Positions 1 through 9,516 of a stretch of DNA of 64,000 nt are shown here, piece after piece. The notes beneath the pieces are model-generated. The model saw nothing but the letters and a program-made list of their open reading frames with translations. It was not told where the DNA came from and made no database searches. The stretch's first letter is position 1. Each line of letters begins with the position of its first letter. The position numbers and the translations under genes are program-made. The stretch lies in assembly GCA_963809895.1 (NCBI GenBank), contig CAWELD010000003.1, positions 1,344,001 to 1,408,000 on the forward strand, read 5' to 3'. This stretch comes from an uncultured Gemmatimonadales bacterium. Lineage in GTDB: Bacteria > Gemmatimonadota > Gemmatimonadetes > Longimicrobiales > Gaopeijiaceae.

Positions 1-605
<605 letters not shown>

Positions 606-682
606 CTATTCCGGGGATTCTTCGGTGTCAACGCGACGGGGGGTCGTCCGCAGTCAACACGCCTGCCGCCCGCCCGGGCCGT

Positions 683-860
683 GCCGTCAATCCTGCAACC
701 GCCGCCTTGGCGAGGACGGATGCTGGATTCGCGGCAATAGCTCTGGTCAAGCGCACAACGCTCGCCCCCAGCGACGGCGCACGCAGGGCTCGCGGCGAAT
801 ATTCACGCCAGAAGCGCAGCGACTGCCCCGCGGCGCTCGGTTGCAGGACTGACGGCGATC
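683..860. repeat. Intergenic REP-like repeat cluster (core GCCGnnAATCCTGCAnCC)
   Basis: 683-701 and 838-856 form an 18/19 inverted repeat; minus-strand copies recur at about 721, 782 and 842. Confidence 0.55.
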
Positions 861-923
861 GCCGTTCAGCCCATCCGGAACGTAGTGGCCCGCCAGATCG
901 CGCGCCCACGAGGCCGTGGGCGC

Positions 924-1922
924 TCAGCCCCCGGTCTGGGACAGCGCCACGAGTCCGCCGGAGCCGCTGGTGCTGCCCTGCTCGAGCTGGTGCCGCTCGG
1001 GCTTGATGCGCAGGGTCTCGGCGATGAAGGGCTCCAGCGGGCGGCCCGCGCGGAGCGGACCTCTGAGGTCGGTCTGCAGGTCGCCGAAGAGGCAGGGCCG
1101 GAGCTGGCCGTCGGCGGTGAGCCGCATGCGGTTGCACCGGTCGCAGAAGTTGTGGCTCATGGGCGTGATCACGCCGACGGTTCCGGGCGCTCCCGGAAAC
1201 CGGTAGTAGGTCGCGGGACCGTTGCCGGTGGGTCCCTCCACGGGCTCCAGCTCGTCCAGGGCACGCAGGCGGCGCAGCACCTCGTGGCAGGAGACGTAGT
1301 TCTTGCTGGACAGCTCCAGGTTGGAGCCCGTCGGCATGATCTCGATGAAGCGGACGTGCCAGGGGCGCTCGCGGGTGAGGCGGGCGAAATCGGCGATCTC
1401 GTCGTCGTTGCGCCCGCCCATGACCACCATGTTGAGCTTGAGCGGGTGGAATCCGAAGCGCTCGGCGGCGTCGAGCCCCTCCATGATGCGCTCGTAGGAT
1501 CCCGGTCGCCGGGCGATGGCGTCGACGCGGTCGCGCTGGAGCGAGTCCAGCGAGACGTTGACGCGGTCGAGTCCGGCGTCACGCAGCGCCTCGGCGTGGT
1601 CGGCCAGCAGGACGGCGTTGGTGGACAGCGACAGATCCTCGATGCCCGGGACCTCCGCGACCATGCGCACCAGGTCCGGAAGATCGCGCCGCACCAGGGG
1701 CTCCCCGCCGGTGAAGCGCACGCGCCGGAGCCCCATTCCGGCCATGGTCCGCACGATGTCCGTGATCTCCTCGTAGGTGAGGAGCTCGTCCCGCCGCAGC
1801 CAGGGCAGGCCTTCGAGGGGCATGCAGTAGATGCAGCGCAGGTTGCACTTGTCGGTCACCGAGATGCGCAGGTACTCGATGCGGCGGCCGAAGCCGTCCA
1901 CCATGCGCGTGTCGCCGCTCAC
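924..1922 (-). CDS. moaA: GTP 3',8-cyclase MoaA
   Basis: YLRISVTDKCNLRCIYCMP radical SAM motif, FCDRCNRMRLTADG, C-terminal GG; start GTG 1922 or ATG 1904. Confidence 0.96.
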   Translation of the reverse strand: MSGDTRMVDGFGRRIEYLRISVTDKCNLRCIYCMPLEGLPWLRRDELLTYEEITDIVRTMAGMGLRRVRFTGGEPLVRRDLPDLVRMVAEVPGIEDLSLSTNAVLLADHAEALRDAGLDRVNVSLDSLQRDRVDAIARRPGSYERIMEGLDAAERFGFHPLKLNMVVMGGRNDDEIADFARLTRERPWHVRFIEIMPTGSNLELSSKNYVSCHEVLRRLRALDELEPVEGPTGNGPATYYRFPGAPGTVGVITPMSHNFCDRCNRMRLTADGQLRPCLFGDLQTDLRGPLRAGRPLEPFIAETLRIKPERHQLEQGSTSGSGGLVALSQTGG

Positions 1923-2414
1923 GACAGCTCTCCGGCGCCGGCGCCTGCCGATGCGTCGGTCGCCGCCGTGTCGGCCGCGGCCCGACGAGGATCGGTGCCC
2001 TCGACCCAGCGCGAAGGACCCTCGGCATAGTGCTCGCGCTTCCAGACCGGAAGCCGCTTCTTGATGGCCTCGATCACGTGGCGGGACGCCCGATACGCCG
2101 CATCCCGGTGGGCGCTGGCCACGGCGATGGCCACGCTCACCTCGCCGATGTCGAGCTCGCCGACGCGGTGCCAGGCCGCCGCCCGACCGCCGTCCAGCAT
2201 CGCCTCGGCCTCCTCGACGATGGCGGCCAGCACCGGCTCGGCCATGGCTTCGTAGGCTTCGTAGGTCATCCCCGTCACGGGCCGGCCGTCGGCATGATCG
2301 CGCACGGTCCCGAGAAAGAGGAGGACCGCACCGTGGGCCGGGATCCGTCACGGCGGACAGCACGCGGGAGGGCTCCAGGGCGTCGCGGGTGATGCCCGAG
2401 CGCGAGGGGGTCAC
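1919..2414 (-). CDS. moaE: Molybdopterin synthase catalytic subunit, apparent +1 frameshift near 2340
   Basis: GAVLLFLGTVRDH...YEAY...HRVGEL...PVWKREHY; the N-terminus (ITRDALEPSRVLSAVTDP) lies in another frame. Confidence 0.9.
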
Positions 2415-2418
2415 GGTG

Positions 2419-2664
2419 TCATCCCCCGGCCACCGGCGGGATGAACGCCACCTCGTCGCCGTGCGCCAGGACGGTGCTCGCCGGGGCGTACTCGCGATTC
2501 ACGGCAACCGCCGGGTCCGGCGGCAGCTGATCGAAGGGCGTCCCCCGCTCCCGCAGCGTACCCACCAGATCGGCCACGGTCGCATCGCGGGGCACCGTGA
2601 CCTGAAGGCGCTCGGAGCCCACGACGTCGCGATACGTGGCAAAGAAGAGGGCCTGAACGTCCAT
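2419..2664 (-). CDS. moaD: Molybdopterin synthase sulfur carrier
   Basis: LFFATYRD...AVNREY...DEVAFIPPVAGG. Confidence 0.95.
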   Translation of the reverse strand: MDVQALFFATYRDVVGSERLQVTVPRDATVADLVGTLRERGTPFDQLPPDPAVAVNREYAPASTVLAHGDEVAFIPPVAGG

Positions 2665-2771
2665 GGTCGCCGCGGGCGTGCAGAAGAGGGGCGCGAGCCG
2701 GAAACCCGGCACGCTATAGCAACCCCCGGGGCCCCGTCAACGTTCCTCGCCGGGCCGACACCGTGTCCGGG

Positions 2772-3305
2772 TCAGAAGGGCAATCCCCCACCCAACCCGG
2801 CGGCGCCGCCGGGCCCGCCGGGCGGCCCTCCGCCCTGGAGGCGCCGGATGCGTTGGCTGAACTCGTCGCGCAGCGTGTAGAAGCGCACCACCTGTGGCGG
2901 ACTCATGATCTCCAGCAGGCGTGCCTGCTCTCGCTGGAGCAGGTCCGCCTCGTCGTTCTGGATCGCCACCATCTCGGCCAACGCCTCGCGCGCGGCCTCG
3001 TCGGAGAGGAGCGTCGAGGTGCCGCGGAGTCGCTGACGCAGCTGCATGTCACGCTGATTGAGGGCCCGGCGCTCGTCCTGGAACCCGCGCACCGCCGCGG
3101 CCAGCTCCCGCCCCTGAGCGGGGTCCAGGCCCAGCTCGGCCAGCACGCGCTGCTGAAAACGCGCCATGATCTGCCGCTCCATCTCCTGCCGGCCCTGAGG
3201 TGGACCCCGCCGGACCTGGGCACCTGCGGTGGGGGCACCAACCGCCAGGACGACGGCCATGGTCATCAGCACCAGCAGCGTTCGCGTCGTCGGTCGCGTG
3301 CTCAT
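2772..3305 (-). CDS. Exported Spy/CpxP-like helical protein
   Basis: Signal peptide, ELGLDPAQ and MSPPQ helical motifs, third gene of an ECF operon. Confidence 0.7.
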   Translation of the reverse strand: MSTRPTTRTLLVLMTMAVVLAVGAPTAGAQVRRGPPQGRQEMERQIMARFQQRVLAELGLDPAQGRELAAAVRGFQDERRALNQRDMQLRQRLRGTSTLLSDEAAREALAEMVAIQNDEADLLQREQARLLEIMSPPQVVRFYTLRDEFSQRIRRLQGGGPPGGPGGAAGLGGGLPF

Positions 3306-3820
3306 CCTCCCATCTCCTCCAGCAGCTGACTGAGCTGCTCGTCGCTGAGGCCGTCCAGCACGGGGGCTCCGGCGACGAGGGGATCGTCGCTGACCCAGAG
3401 CGTGCTCTCGGAATCCAGCTCCATCTGGGCCTCCTCCACGTAGATCTCCGGCGTCCGCATGCGCTGGACCATGGACGGTGTGCCCAGCGCCAGCACGACG
3501 ACCGCCGCCGCCGCCAGCGCCCAGGCCGGCACACGCCGGCCACTCAGCCAGGCGCCCCAGCCCCTGCGAGCACCCGCCGGGGGGCGAGCCTGTGACGCAT
3601 CGGCCCGCAATCCTTCCCGCACTCCGGCCCCGATGCGGGCCGCGAGCTCGGCACTGAGCCGGGGCCGATGGGCGGCCAGGCCGGTGAGCAGCGCCAACTC
3701 GTCGGCACAGTCGGCGCAGTCCCGCACGTGCTCCTCCACCCGGGCCCGCTCGGCGGCGTTCGCCCGTCCCGAAGCGACGTCGGCCAAGCGCTCCTTCCAC
3801 GTGCTGTCGCAGTCGTTCAT
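3302..3820 (-). CDS. Zinc-finger (zf-HC2) anti-sigma factor
   Basis: HVRDCADC (HxxxCxxC) plus TM helix, coupled to the ECF sigma gene. Confidence 0.85.
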   Translation of the reverse strand: MNDCDSTWKERLADVASGRANAAERARVEEHVRDCADCADELALLTGLAAHRPRLSAELAARIGAGVREGLRADASQARPPAGARRGWGAWLSGRRVPAWALAAAAVVVLALGTPSMVQRMRTPEIYVEEAQMELDSESTLWVSDDPLVAGAPVLDGLSDEQLSQLLEEMGG

Positions 3821-4377
3821 GACTCGCTCTCCATCCTGTCGCGCAGCCGGCGAATCCCGTGATGGTAATTCACCCGCGCGGCGCCTTCACTCGATCCGAT
3901 GATCTCCCCCACCTCGCGAAAGCTCAGCCCCTCGTCCACACGGAGCTGGACGGCCAGCCGCTGCTTCTCCGGCAGCTCCGCCAGGTACGCCCGCGCCCGG
4001 CCCGCCTCGGCGCGGCTCACCGTCTCCCGGTCGGGCGTGGGTCCGTCGTCCGCCAACGTCGCCACGTCGTCCAGTCCCGTCTCCCGCCTCCGACCTGTCC
4101 GGCGCAGGCTTCCCCTCGCCTCGTTGACGACGATGCTCAACAACCAGGTCCTGAACTGCGCGTCTCCCCGGAACGACGCCAATCCGCGAAACGCTTTGAG
4201 CAGCGCATCCTGCACCGCGTCGGCGGCTCGCTCCGGATCGTGGACGATACCCAGCGCCACCCGATACGCCACCTCCTGATGACGCATCAGCAGCACGTCC
4301 AGCGACCGGTCGTCGCCCTCCATGGCCCGCTCGACCAGGATCGGGTCGGGGAGGGCCGAGTCATCGTCTCTCACCAC
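3817..4377 (-). CDS. ECF RNA polymerase sigma factor
   Basis: DAVQDALLKAFRGLASFRGDAQFRTWL; region 4 LPEKQRLAVQLR. Confidence 0.93.
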   Translation of the reverse strand: MVRDDDSALPDPILVERAMEGDDRSLDVLLMRHQEVAYRVALGIVHDPERAADAVQDALLKAFRGLASFRGDAQFRTWLLSIVVNEARGSLRRTGRRRETGLDDVATLADDGPTPDRETVSRAEAGRARAYLAELPEKQRLAVQLRVDEGLSFREVGEIIGSSEGAARVNYHHGIRRLRDRMESES

Positions 4378-4483
4378 GGATGGGATGCGCCGACGGGGTG
4401 GACCGTTAAAACACCGCCGGGGCCCGGAACCGCGCAGGCGGCCCGGGCCCCGGCGGGGCGCGGCAAGAGCAGGTCCGACCGGG

Positions 4484-4783
4484 TCAGAGCTGGTCCTTGT
4501 TGGCCTTGGCTACCCGGGTGCGCAAGTGCTTGGAGGGCTTGAAGACCGGAACCATGCGGGCGGGCACCTTGACGGCGTCGCCGGTGCGCGGGTTCCGGGC
4601 CATGCGGGTCTTGCGCCGGCGAACCTTGAAGGTGCCGAAGCCGCGGATCTCGATATTCTCGCCGCTGGCCAGCGCGCGCTTGACGGCATTGAGGAAGCCG
4701 TCGACCACGAGGGCGCAGTCCTTCTTGGTGACTCCCGGCCCGATGGCGTCGGCCACCTGTTCCACCAGATCCGCCTTCGTCAT
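4484..4783 (-). CDS. HU/IHF family DNA-binding protein
   Basis: MTKADLV...IEIRGFGTF...ARNPRTG...VPVFKPS. Confidence 0.95.
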   Translation of the reverse strand: MTKADLVEQVADAIGPGVTKKDCALVVDGFLNAVKRALASGENIEIRGFGTFKVRRRKTRMARNPRTGDAVKVPARMVPVFKPSKHLRTRVAKANKDQL

Positions 4784-4884
4784 TCCTTACCTCCGTGGTC
4801 GTCCGAGATGACACCGCGCCCGCTTGGGGGGCCACCGTAACTTGCGACAGCACAAGCCGTCAAGGGATTCCGGTGACCGCTTCC

Positions 4885-5997
4885 TCAATCGGTGTCGCGG
4901 GCCTCCATCTTCTGGATGAATTGATCGAACAGGTAGCGGCTGTCGTGGGGCCCCGGCGCCGCCTCGGGGTGATACTGCACCGAGAACACGGGCCGCGAAA
5001 CGTGCTCCAGTCCCTCGACGGTGCCGTCGTAGAGATTCACGTGGGTCAGCCGTAGCTCCGGCGCCCCCGCGATCTCCCGGTCCTCCCCTCCCCGCACGGC
5101 GAATCCGTGGTTCTGCGAGGTGATCTCCACCGTGCCCCGGTCCAGGTACTTGACCGGATGATTGGCGCCGTGATGGCCGAAGGGCAGCTTGTACGTCTGG
5201 CCCCCGAAGGCGCGGGCGATGAGCTGGTGCCCGAGGCAGATGCCGAACACCGGCACACCGCGCTCGGAAAGACGGAGAATCGCCTCGCGTGCGTGCTCCA
5301 CGGCGGCCGGATCGCCGGGCCCGTTGGACACGAACAGGCCGCTGGGGTCGTCGGCGAGGATCTCGTCGACCGTCGTCGCGCCCGGCAGGATCGTCACCCG
5401 GCAGCCCCGCTCCGCCAGAAGCCGCGGCGAATGGGCCTTCACGCCGAAGTCGTACGCCAACACGTGGAAGCGCTCGGCTCCCACGGCGGGCACGACGTAG
5501 CGCTTGTCGGTGGTCACCCGGCACGCCAGGTCGAGGCCCTCCATGTGGGGGTGCGCCCGGATCTGCTCCAGGAGTCGGTCGGGATCGGTGTCGGCCGGCG
5601 CGATGGCGCCGCGCATCGCCCCCTGCGCCCGGATGTGCCGGGTGAGCGCCCGGGTGTCCACGTCGGCGATGCCGGTGATGCCGTGCGACGTGAGATAGCT
5701 CTGCAGGGATTCCTCCGCGCGCCAGGACGAGGGACGGCGCGCCGCTTCCCGGACGATGAAGCCCGAGACCTGGGGCGCCTCGGACTCGCGATCCTCGTCG
5801 TTGACGCCGTAGTTGCCCTGGAGCGGGTAGGTCATGGTGACCAGCTGACCGGAGTAGGACGGATCCGTGAGGATCTCCTGGTAGCCCGTCATGCTGGTGT
5901 TGAAGACCACTTCTCCCAGGGTGGGCCCGCGGGCGCCGAGCGCGAGGCCGTCGAAACGGCGGCCGTCTTCGAGGAGGAGGTACGCGGCGTCGGACAG
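4885..5997 (-). CDS. carA: Carbamoyl-phosphate synthase small subunit (probable CTG start)
   Basis: AYLLLEDG...GEVVFNTSMTGYQE, SNGPGDP, GICLGHQ, QYHPEAAPGPHD. Confidence 0.95.
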   Translation of the reverse strand: MSDAAYLLLEDGRRFDGLALGARGPTLGEVVFNTSMTGYQEILTDPSYSGQLVTMTYPLQGNYGVNDEDRESEAPQVSGFIVREAARRPSSWRAEESLQSYLTSHGITGIADVDTRALTRHIRAQGAMRGAIAPADTDPDRLLEQIRAHPHMEGLDLACRVTTDKRYVVPAVGAERFHVLAYDFGVKAHSPRLLAERGCRVTILPGATTVDEILADDPSGLFVSNGPGDPAAVEHAREAILRLSERGVPVFGICLGHQLIARAFGGQTYKLPFGHHGANHPVKYLDRGTVEITSQNHGFAVRGGEDREIAGAPELRLTHVNLYDGTVEGLEHVSRPVFSVQYHPEAAPGPHDSRYLFDQFIQKMEARDTD

Positions 5998-6033
5998 GGT
6001 GGGCCTCCGGGAGGGGGTCGGGGCGAGGGTCGG

Positions 6034-6110
6034 GAGAAAGGTAGACGCGCCCCCGCGGGCGTCAAGCCGGGAGGCCCCTTCCCCATCGTCGCCCTCCCTC
6101 TACCTTTCTC
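6034..6110. promoter_or_regulatory. Divergent carA/rnhA promoter region with 12-bp inverted repeat
   Basis: gagaaaggtaga (6034-6045) / tctacctttctc (6099-6110); the minus strand reads TTGACG-16-TACCTT. Confidence 0.5.
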
Positions 6111-6141
6111 AGGCCACGCTCCACGACCCCATGCGAAGCCC

Positions 6142-6735
6142 ATGACCGATCTTCCTGTCGTCCACATCCACGCCGACGAGTCCTGCCTGGGCAACCAGTT
6201 CCAGGATCGGCAGAACCCCGGCGGCGCCGGCGGCCTCGTGGAAGTGTGGAAGGACGGCGCCTGGGTGCGACGGGACTTCTGGATCGCGGAGCCCGACACC
6301 ACCAACAACCGCATGGCGATCCGCAGCGCCATCGAGGCGCTCGAAGCGCTCACGAGGCCCTGCGAGGTCGTGTTCGTGTCGGACTCCCAGTATCTGATCA
6401 AGGGGATATCCGAGTGGCTCCCGGGGTGGAAGGCCCGGGGTTGGAAGCGCAAAGGCGGTCGCATCGAGAACCTGGAGCTCTGGAAGGAGCTGGACCGCAG
6501 GAGCGCCCGCCACCAGGTGAGCTGGCGCTGGATCAGAGGGCACGCCGGCCACCCGCGCAACGAGTACGCCAACGACCTGGCCGTGCGGGCCGCCAAGACG
6601 CAGAAGAGCTCGCCGGGTCTGGTGGCGTCGGGATTCCAGGACTGGCTCGAGGAGCAGCGCGAGCGCTCGGGGCGCTACATGGACTTCTACGAGTTCCTGC
6701 CGCCGGACGAGGATGAGGCCCGCCGCGAGCGCTGA
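6142..6735 (+). CDS. rnhA: Ribonuclease HI
   Basis: ADESCLGN, TTNNRM, SDSQY, WKARGWK, WIRGHAGHPRNEYANDLA. Confidence 0.93.
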   Translation: MTDLPVVHIHADESCLGNQFQDRQNPGGAGGLVEVWKDGAWVRRDFWIAEPDTTNNRMAIRSAIEALEALTRPCEVVFVSDSQYLIKGISEWLPGWKARGWKRKGGRIENLELWKELDRRSARHQVSWRWIRGHAGHPRNEYANDLAVRAAKTQKSSPGLVASGFQDWLEEQRERSGRYMDFYEFLPPDEDEARRER

Positions 6736-6766
6736 CGGGAGGTGCTGACGGAACATCCAGGATGCA

Positions 6767-6806
6767 CGAAGCCCCCGGAGCCGACACGCCGTCTCCAGGG
6801 GCTTCG
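6767..6806. terminator. Hairpin, possibly a bidirectional terminator
   Basis: cgaagcccccggag ... ctccaggggcttcg. Confidence 0.6.
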
Positions 6807-7080
6807 ATATTCGCTGGCGGAGTCCAGATTCCGGTTGGTTCCATCCGCGTGCGGATGGCGGGTCCGGCTCCATTCCGGGTTCAGCGTGCGGCCGCCTTCC
6901 CAGGCGTCCCCGAGCTCCGGGGACTTCGGCGGAGGCCAGCGACCTCTCTGCCGTCGAGGGAGGATCCAACCTCCTCCACCCGCTGCCGCCTCGACACCGT
7001 CGCGCCGATTCAGCGTTGCGACCCGACGTCGTTGAAGGATGACCATCGCCATCGTTCCAACGATCCACAGCGGAATCGCA
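6767..7080 (-). ncRNA. Candidate structured small RNA, GGA-rich
   Basis: TTGCAC-17-CATGAT promoter (7114-7086), many short hairpins, 3' hairpin, no convincing ORF. Confidence 0.5.
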
Positions 7081-7333
7081 CCACCATCATGCACGTCTGA
7101 CCGGCCGGGTGCAAGGGGGACGAAGCCACCTCGCGCAATTCGTGGTCAGCCGACTTCAAACCATTGGGACATAAGCACATCAGGTCGCTGACCACAACGA
7201 CCGCCCCAGGAGCCGCCGGCGTGGCAAACGGATGAATTCTCCTGAGTTCGGCGCATGCTCACGCGACTTGTTCCAGAAGGAACGAGAAGAAGCACGGAAC
7301 CGGCGCGATTCGATGATTGTTGTCTGGACCACA

Positions 7334-8005
7334 TCACTGCTCCGACCCGTGCTCAGCAAGCGTCCGCCCGAAGCGCGCCGCGACGGCCCCGGCCACCGCG
7401 GCCCGTACCCGGGCATGGTCGGGCGCCGCCCCCAGCTCCCGTTCCATGGAGGTCACGTCACGGTCGCGGATGCCACAGGGCACGATGGTCTCGAAGAACG
7501 AGAGGTCGGGGGCGACGTTGAGGGCGAACCCGTGCGAGGTGATCCAGCCCGACGACACCCGGACGCCGATGGCGGCGATCTTGCCCACCTCGGTCCAGAC
7601 GCCCGTGTACCCCGACTCGGTGTGGGTGACGATCCCGAAGCCCGTAAGCGCGTCCATGAGGGCCCCTTCCAGATCGCGCAGGTAGCGGTGCAGGTCCTTG
7701 CGGTCGGGCTTGAGGTCCAGGATGGGGTAGCCCACGAGTTGGCCCGGACCGTGGTAGGTGACGTCCCCACCCCGCCCCACCCGGTGAAGCGTCATGCCCA
7801 ACCGCTCGCGGGCATCCTCGTCCACCAGGACGTGCCCCGGCTCGGAGCTGGTGCCCAGCGTCAGGACGTGGGGGTGCTCGAGGAGGAGGAGTGTGTCCGG
7901 CTCACGTCCCGCGCGCACGGCCTTCACGAGGTCGTCCTGGAGCGCCAGGCCCTCCTCGTAGCCCACCTCTCCCAGGTGACGGACCGTCAGGACCCGCTGG
8001 GACAT
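7334..8005 (-). CDS. lipB: Lipoyl(octanoyl) transferase
   Basis: LLEHPHVLTLG, RGGDVTYHGPGQLVGYP, KIAAIG, HGFALNV. Confidence 0.96.
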   Translation of the reverse strand: MSQRVLTVRHLGEVGYEEGLALQDDLVKAVRAGREPDTLLLLEHPHVLTLGTSSEPGHVLVDEDARERLGMTLHRVGRGGDVTYHGPGQLVGYPILDLKPDRKDLHRYLRDLEGALMDALTGFGIVTHTESGYTGVWTEVGKIAAIGVRVSSGWITSHGFALNVAPDLSFFETIVPCGIRDRDVTSMERELGAAPDHARVRAAVAGAVAARFGRTLAEHGSEQ

Positions 8006-8031
8006 GGTCACGGCCCCCCGGGGCTGGATCG

Positions 8032-9459
8032 TCAGGCGTCCTCGGGGAAGTCCTCCAGGACCTCCTTGAGGCGCGCCAGGAAGCGGGCGGCGTCGGCTCC
8101 GTCCACCAGGCGATGGTCGTAGCCGAGGCTGAAGAGAGACCGCTTGCGGATGGCGATGGTGTCCGCACCGTCGGCGCCCTCCACCACCACGACGCGCTTC
8201 TCGATGGCGCCGGTCCCCAGGATGGCAGCCGTGCCCTTGGGGATCACCGGCAGCCCCACCAGCGTCCCCAGCACACCGGGGTTGGTGATGGAGAAGGTCG
8301 CGCCCTGGATCTCCTGCGGCTGGAGCTGCTTGCTCCGGGCCCGCTCCGCCAGGTCGACGATGCGACGGCCGATGCCCACCAGGCTCAGATCGTCGGTGTC
8401 GTGCATCACCGGCACGATGAGGCCGGGATTCAGGTCCACCGCCATGCCCACGTTGATGTTGCCGCGGTAGATGATGTTGTTGCCCGAAATCGTGGCGTTG
8501 ACCATGGGGAACTCCCGCAGCACGCGGCTGCACGCCCAGGCCACGAAGGCGGTGAAGCTCACCCGGGCGCCCTGTTCTTCCCAGCGCTTCTTGTTCGCCC
8601 TGCGCATCCGATCGACGGCGGTGAAGTCGATCTCGATGAACGAGTGGACGTGGGGCGCCACCCGCTTGGCCAGCACCATGTGCTCCGCCGTGAGCCGGCG
8701 GATCTTGTCCATGGGCTCCACGCGGTCCGCCGGTCGCACCGGGAACTCCGGGTGCTGGACCTGGCCGTAGAAGATCTTCCAGAACTCCGAGGGCTCCACG
8801 GCAGCCGCGGGCGCTTCGCCCCGAGTCGGCGAGGGCGCCTGGGCGGCGGGCCTGGCCGGCTCCGCGGCAGGCTCCGCGGGAGCGGGCTCGGCCTCGGCCC
8901 CACCGGACTCGATGTAGTCCAGGATGTCCTGCTTGGTCACGCGGCCGGCGTGCCCGCTACCGGGCACGTCGGCGATGTCGATGCCCTTCTCCTCGGCGAT
9001 CCTCCGGACCACGGGCGTGGAGCGGGTCCGCAGGCGCTCTTCGGCGCTCCCCGGCTCCGCTTTCACCTCTGCCTCTTCCGGCTCCGGCTCCGACTCCGAC
9101 TCCGTGCCCGCAGCCTCGCTCTCCGGAGCGGCCTCGGCCGCCTCCGGCGTGCCCTCGGACGACTCGTCGGCGGCCTCGGGGGCCTCCTGCTCAGCCTGCG
9201 CCGCGTCGGGCGCGCCGCCTTCGGGGTCGATGTAGGCGACCACGGTGCCCACCTCGACGGTCTCGCCTTCCTGGACCTCGATGGCTACCAGCGTCCCGGA
9301 GGCCGGGGCGGGAATCTCGGCATCCACCTTGTCGGTGGAGATCTCCAGGATGGGTTCGTCGCGCTCGACGGTGTCACCGAGGGACTTGAGCCACTTGGAA
9401 ACGGTGCCCTCCGCGATGGATTCGCCCATCTGGGGCATGGGAACTTCGATCCGAGACAC
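8032..9459 (-). CDS. 2-oxoacid dehydrogenase E2 dihydrolipoamide acyltransferase
   Basis: Lipoyl domain STDKVDAE, E3-binding GSGHAGRVTKQD, catalytic DHRLVDG. Confidence 0.95.
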   Translation of the reverse strand: MSRIEVPMPQMGESIAEGTVSKWLKSLGDTVERDEPILEISTDKVDAEIPAPASGTLVAIEVQEGETVEVGTVVAYIDPEGGAPDAAQAEQEAPEAADESSEGTPEAAEAAPESEAAGTESESEPEPEEAEVKAEPGSAEERLRTRSTPVVRRIAEEKGIDIADVPGSGHAGRVTKQDILDYIESGGAEAEPAPAEPAAEPARPAAQAPSPTRGEAPAAAVEPSEFWKIFYGQVQHPEFPVRPADRVEPMDKIRRLTAEHMVLAKRVAPHVHSFIEIDFTAVDRMRRANKKRWEEQGARVSFTAFVAWACSRVLREFPMVNATISGNNIIYRGNINVGMAVDLNPGLIVPVMHDTDDLSLVGIGRRIVDLAERARSKQLQPQEIQGATFSITNPGVLGTLVGLPVIPKGTAAILGTGAIEKRVVVVEGADGADTIAIRKRSLFSLGYDHRLVDGADAARFLARLKEVLEDFPEDA

Positions 9460-9516
9460 GCTCGTTTCTCCAGGATTTCCGTGGTTGTTCAGCAGACTTT
9501 GATCTTATCCGATCCG

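Noticed and set aside
6761..6771. 11-bp match (gatgcacgaag) to the 53-bp repeat
   Set aside because: Too short; lacks the other arm and the palindrome; probably chance
6687..7094. 135-aa minus-strand ORF over the sRNA candidate
   Set aside because: Starts inside the predicted promoter, has no RBS, overlaps the rnhA 3' end and shows no protein-like pattern
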